From: an uncultured Candidatus Bathyarchaeia archaeon
GTDB taxonomy: Archaea; Thermoproteota; Bathyarchaeia; TCS64
Reading direction: 5' to 3'
DNA length: 37,437 nt
Assembly: GCA_964653295.1 (NCBI GenBank)
Contig: CAZZFH010000001.1
Span: 1-37,437, forward strand
In this document: one piece after another, positions 34,036-37,437 of the stretch
Layout: each line of letters opens with the position of its first letter
How positions within the stretch are numbered: the stretch's first letter is position 1
Notes under the pieces: generated by a model
Databases searched by the model: none
What the model saw: only the letters and a program-made list of their open reading frames with translations
What the model was told of the DNA's origin: nothing
Made by a program: the position numbers and the translations under genes

Positions 34036-34180
34036 ATAGATTCCTCATCTAGTTTTTACGCTGGTGTTTAAGGTAAGCATGGTAAAGAGTTAAAAGGATT
34101 TTCCTTTTAAATAAAAAAAATCAAAGACGAGTAAAAATAGTAATTATTAATAAAAAAAGTATAAAAAATGTGAAAAGAGG

Positions 34181-35950
34181 CTAAACCCGTTTAAGCACTC
34201 TTCCCGGACGAGCACCAGTGTGTTTACCATCCTTGACTACAGGTTCACCGTTTACAAAGACATACTTGATGCCTTCAGGATGCTTTCTTGGCTCAACCTC
34301 ATTGGCAGTCACATTGAGATTGGGCATATCAATCAACACGATATCCGCGTAGCTGCCTAAATCCAAGACCCCTCTCCCATCAAGGTTATGGACTCTCGCA
34401 GTCATGGCGCCCATCTTCTGAACAGCCTCCTCTAAAGTGAAGGTCTTCTTTTCCTTGACATACTTGTTTAGGAAGATGGGATACGCCGCAAAACTATTGA
34501 TCCCAGGTATACTATAGGGTGGAGTCTCTCTCTGGTATTTGTCGTCATTTACCATGGTGTCGAGCCCTATCATTCCCTTAGGGTGAGTATAGTACTGGTC
34601 ATATGCTGGATTGTAGCTCAGGGTCCCAGTTACTCCTCTAGTATCCGGATCCTTCACGATAATATCACAGTAGGCATCCCATGGGTCAACCCCCCACATC
34701 TCAGCTATCTCTTGGACGCTCTTCCCATCGACCCCCGGGGTCTTGCTCTTGGTTACTGTGAGGTTCTTAGCCCAGTGAGGATTGGTGTTGGGATTATAAT
34801 TTACCCTGATGAACCATCTTCCAGCCCTGATGGCCTCAAATACCTCTTGCCTGAAATCAGGTACTGCAAGCCACTTGCCAAGAGCCTCTCGGCTTCCTAG
34901 TTCACGTAGCCATGGCTCAAGTAATCCACAGAGATAGGGCATGACGCTGAATCCTCCTCTTACGAGGAATGGGATGGCATCCCATGTAATATCCAGCTCA
35001 CCCTTGCTGCGCTCCAGTATCATATCTATGGTAACCCTTAGGTTGGCTTCCTCCAGTGCGGGTGGAGCATCGGGATATACCTGCCAACCCGTACTCAGGT
35101 GAGCATAGTGAAGCCTGACACCTGTCTTCTCATATACATCAACACACTCCATCAATGCAGTGATCTTCTCGTTTGGAACATGCCCAGCGGCGATACCCCT
35201 CCTACGACCAGTTCTCCTCCAGTGAGGACAATAAACCCCACCATACTCTTTGAGCTGCGCCACAGATTCAACTATCTCATCGTGACTGGCGAATACATCA
35301 GGATCATAGTCGAGACCAGTGCTCATACCGACGCAGCCCTCTTTCATTGCCTCGTGGATGAGTTCATGCATCTGGCTACGCTCTTCCTGCGTACTATGTC
35401 GCTTATAATCGAGCCCCATTACCTTGGTTCGTACAGTTCCATGCCCCACAAGCGGCGCGTAGTTGATGCTGATACCGGTTTTTTCCACTGTCTTGAAATA
35501 GTCACCCATGGTTTTCCAGTCTAGGGTCCAGCCATAGGTCTCTTTCATCCACTCATTGACCGTCTCAAGAGGATAATACGGCTGACGTGGATAGTACTTG
35601 TAGGGATCATACTTCATCAGGTGATCCATTAGCATCCAAGGAACCCTGATATGCTCCCCAAGGGGAGCCGGGCTACCACCACACTGACCCCCAACAAAGG
35701 TAGTGATCCCCTGCATTACGTGGCTCTGGGTCTCTGGGTACCAGAGGAGAGCCCAGTCAGCGTGACTATGGGAATCGACGAACCCGGGAAAAGCTGTTAA
35801 ACCCTTGGCGTCAATGGTTTTAACCGCGTCTCCTTTTACTTCTCCGAGAGCGGCCACCTTGTCATCCTTGACCCCGATGGCTCCAGTGTATGCTTTCTTG
35901 CCGGTTCCCTCGACTACTGTTGCGTTCTTGATTAAGTAATCATACTCCAT
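34181..35950 (-). CDS. N-acyl-D-amino-acid deacylase (D-aminoacylase) family amidohydrolase
   Basis: 589 aa. N-terminal YDYLIKNATVVEGTG...GAIGVKDDKVAALG...IDAKGLTAFPGFVDSHSHAD is the D-aminoacylase/amidohydrolase-3 signature (HxH metal site). Confidence 0.8.
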   Translation of the reverse strand: MEYDYLIKNATVVEGTGKKAYTGAIGVKDDKVAALGEVKGDAVKTIDAKGLTAFPGFVDSHSHADWALLWYPETQSHVMQGITTFVGGQCGGSPAPLGEHIRVPWMLMDHLMKYDPYKYYPRQPYYPLETVNEWMKETYGWTLDWKTMGDYFKTVEKTGISINYAPLVGHGTVRTKVMGLDYKRHSTQEERSQMHELIHEAMKEGCVGMSTGLDYDPDVFASHDEIVESVAQLKEYGGVYCPHWRRTGRRRGIAAGHVPNEKITALMECVDVYEKTGVRLHYAHLSTGWQVYPDAPPALEEANLRVTIDMILERSKGELDITWDAIPFLVRGGFSVMPYLCGLLEPWLRELGSREALGKWLAVPDFRQEVFEAIRAGRWFIRVNYNPNTNPHWAKNLTVTKSKTPGVDGKSVQEIAEMWGVDPWDAYCDIIVKDPDTRGVTGTLSYNPAYDQYYTHPKGMIGLDTMVNDDKYQRETPPYSIPGINSFAAYPIFLNKYVKEKKTFTLEEAVQKMGAMTARVHNLDGRGVLDLGSYADIVLIDMPNLNVTANEVEPRKHPEGIKYVFVNGEPVVKDGKHTGARPGRVLKRV

Positions 35951-36011
35951 AACAATCGAGTTAGTATTGGTTAGAGGAGATTTAACATTTGCATCAACCT
36001 AACCAATACTA

Positions 36012-36398
36012 TTATTTGGAGAAGACGAGCAGCGAGGCTACGGTACCAATAAGCAGAACCCCGAACATCGCAGCCATAGCGGTCTCACCAAGATCGATAT
36101 AGTAGCCGCTGCTATTGATTATGGCGTAGATTAGCATACCCTGCGAGACATGGTGAAGGCGATTCAAGGGGTTCCAGCTCCACAGCACAGATAAGCCTCC
36201 CAGTATCAAGGCTCCAGCGGTCAGCAGTTCTGTGAATATATGGAGCTTGATCTCTACCTGGGGAGTATCTAGATACGGTACCTGCCCAGTGAAAACAAGC
36301 ATGGTCCACATGCCCATCATCAAAACACCGACAATGATAGTGAAGAATGCTGAGGCTCTGTTTTTATCCATAAACACTGAAAACCATTGACCAGTCAT
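36012..36398 (-). CDS. Small integral membrane protein (4 predicted TM segments), function unknown
   Basis: 128-aa hydrophobic ORF. It lies 16 nt downstream of, and is co-oriented with, the Mo-oxidoreductase gene. Confidence 0.55.
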   Translation of the reverse strand: MTGQWFSVFMDKNRASAFFTIIVGVLMMGMWTMLVFTGQVPYLDTPQVEIKLHIFTELLTAGALILGGLSVLWSWNPLNRLHHVSQGMLIYAIINSSGYYIDLGETAMAAMFGVLLIGTVASLLVFSK

Positions 36399-36414
36399 AT
36401 AAGGGGAATGGTCA

Positions 36415-37029
36415 TTAGCTGTATCGCTGTCGTCTCCATGGGTCAGCGTTATTATGGTAGGCTTCTTGTTCCCAGTATCCTAGTTTATCCCGTTCACTGA
36501 ACATTATCTTGTGGAGCCACATGATGGATTTGTAGCCATACTTATGGGGTACAACCAGCCTCATGGGTCCTCCGAGGGGTTGGGGTAGAGGTTCATCATT
36601 CAATCTGTGGGCTAGGAGTATATTGTCGCCCATTAGCTCGCTTAATGTAAGGCTGGTGGTGTATGTATCATAAGCTTCAAGGAGTACGTATCTTGCCTTG
36701 TTCATTGGTCCTGCTGCATTGGCTATTGTCTTGAACTGGACGCCCTCCCATTTCTGGTCCTTTACGCTCCATGTCTCGACGCAGTGAAAGTCGCTCACTG
36801 ATTCGAGTTGAGGTAATTCCATGAACTCGTCCCAAGTATACGCTCTTGGGTTCTCCACGAGACCGCTTATGTTGAGCCTCCAATCGGATAACGCTATCTC
36901 TGGGAGTGTGGGTTGTATTCCCCTGTGCTCGGTTCCCCAGCCAAGGATGTGATCGATCCAGTGTTGATCAGGGGGGAGGCGGGTTTTCTCCTTCTTTTCC
37001 TTTTTTTTGAATAAGAACAAGGCACTCAA
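36415..37029 (-). CDS. Sulfite-oxidase-fold molybdopterin oxidoreductase, short YuiH/MsrP-like form
   Basis: 204 aa. FHCVETWSV (Mo-ligand Cys block)...LLAHRLNDEPLPQPLGGPMRLVVPHKYGYKSIMWL is the oxidoreductase molybdopterin-binding domain pattern. No twin-arginine signal is visible. TTG start. Confidence 0.8.
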   Translation of the reverse strand: MSALFLFKKKEKKEKTRLPPDQHWIDHILGWGTEHRGIQPTLPEIALSDWRLNISGLVENPRAYTWDEFMELPQLESVSDFHCVETWSVKDQKWEGVQFKTIANAAGPMNKARYVLLEAYDTYTTSLTLSELMGDNILLAHRLNDEPLPQPLGGPMRLVVPHKYGYKSIMWLHKIMFSERDKLGYWEQEAYHNNADPWRRQRYS

Positions 37030-37098
37030 TTTGAGCAGGGTATGGATGCTTGATAATGGTTTCTAAACAATTTAAGCAACCAAGGCATAACAGAGGGT

Positions 37099-37437
37099 AT
37101 GGACAATCAGCAGAAGACGAACCAGATACTGGCTAGACTGGAGAAGGCTTACCCAGAGGTAGCTGGGACCGCACTACACCACGATAACCCACTGGAATTA
37201 CTCGTAGCTACAATACTCTCGGCTCAAGCAACGGATGAGCAGATCAACAAGATCACAGTGGACTTGTTCAAGAAATACAAGACAGTAAGAGACTACGCTG
37301 AGGCACCGCGGGAGGAGTTTGAGAATGATATACGATCATCTGGTTTCTATCGACGCAAGGCAGACGCGATACAGACCATGGCAAAGACACTGGTAGATGA
37401 ATATGATGGAAAGGTTCCTGATACCATGGAGGAGCTT
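37099..37437 (+). CDS. nth: Endonuclease III (Nth), N-terminal part; runs off the window end
   Basis: Hand translation from ATG 37099 gives MDNQQKTNQILARLEKAYPEVAGTALHHDNPLELLVATILSAQATDEQINKITVDLFKKYKTVRDYAEAPREEFENDIRSSGFYRRKADAIQ..., the HhH-GPD family N-terminus (LVATILSAQ.TD..VN). Confidence 0.85.
   Translation, partial: MDNQQKTNQILARLEKAYPEVAGTALHHDNPLELLVATILSAQATDEQINKITVDLFKKYKTVRDYAEAPREEFENDIRSSGFYRRKADAIQTMAKTLVDEYDGKVPDTMEEL

Noticed and set aside
1-37437. Search for CRISPR arrays, rRNA genes, transposases, integrases, toxin-antitoxin pairs or recognisable defence-system genes
   Set aside because: Reading both strands revealed none. The only long repeat is the pth2 3'-end duplication. 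No DDE, serine or tyrosine recombinase motifs were recognised.

Overview
This window reads as an archaeal chromosomal segment. It is probably from a TACK/Asgard-type lineage, because it carries eS30 and eL38 ribosomal proteins, Alba, archaeal-type AspRS, Pth2, ArcTGT, DGGGP synthase, geranylgeranyl reductase and Mtd. It is mostly housekeeping: about 45 protein genes and 2 tRNAs, with no rRNA, no CRISPR array and no recognisable transposase or integrase.

Main content, in order:
- C1 cluster: folD-fhs (THF branch), an AbgB-like M20 amidohydrolase and F420-dependent mtd (H4MPT branch).
- Translation and RNA block: PUA protein, MBF1, Fap7-like kinase, DUF1922 Zn-ribbon, LSm, eS30, a cold-shock-domain protein, ArcTGT, a beta-CASP RNase and eL38.
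- Divergent tRNA-Glu(UUC) and tRNA(CAU) pair next to a decayed ABC1/UbiB kinase gene.
- Lipid genes: GGR and DGGGPS.
- Redox proteins, several peptidases (two M20, one M14, a D-aminoacylase) and TruD.
- A small archaeosortase-like protein and a PGF-CTERM surface protein.
- A frameshifted PrpD/MmgE gene.
- aspS-pth2, a Zn-ribbon/KH protein, Alba, a YuiH-like Mo-oxidoreductase and a partial nth.

Observations most worth a second look:
1. Four conserved genes (Fap7-like kinase, eS30, CSD protein, GGR) have conserved N-termini that lie upstream of any in-frame ATG/GTG/TTG. Each has ATA (or CTG/GTA) exactly where the initiator Met is expected, behind SD-like motifs, which suggests near-cognate initiation.
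2. A roughly 160-nt diverged copy of the 3' end of pth2 sits 3.3 kb from the intact gene. The two copies bracket a two-gene cassette of secreted glycoproteins, which looks like an att-like integration scar.

All domain calls come from recalled family motifs. No database search or computation was run.
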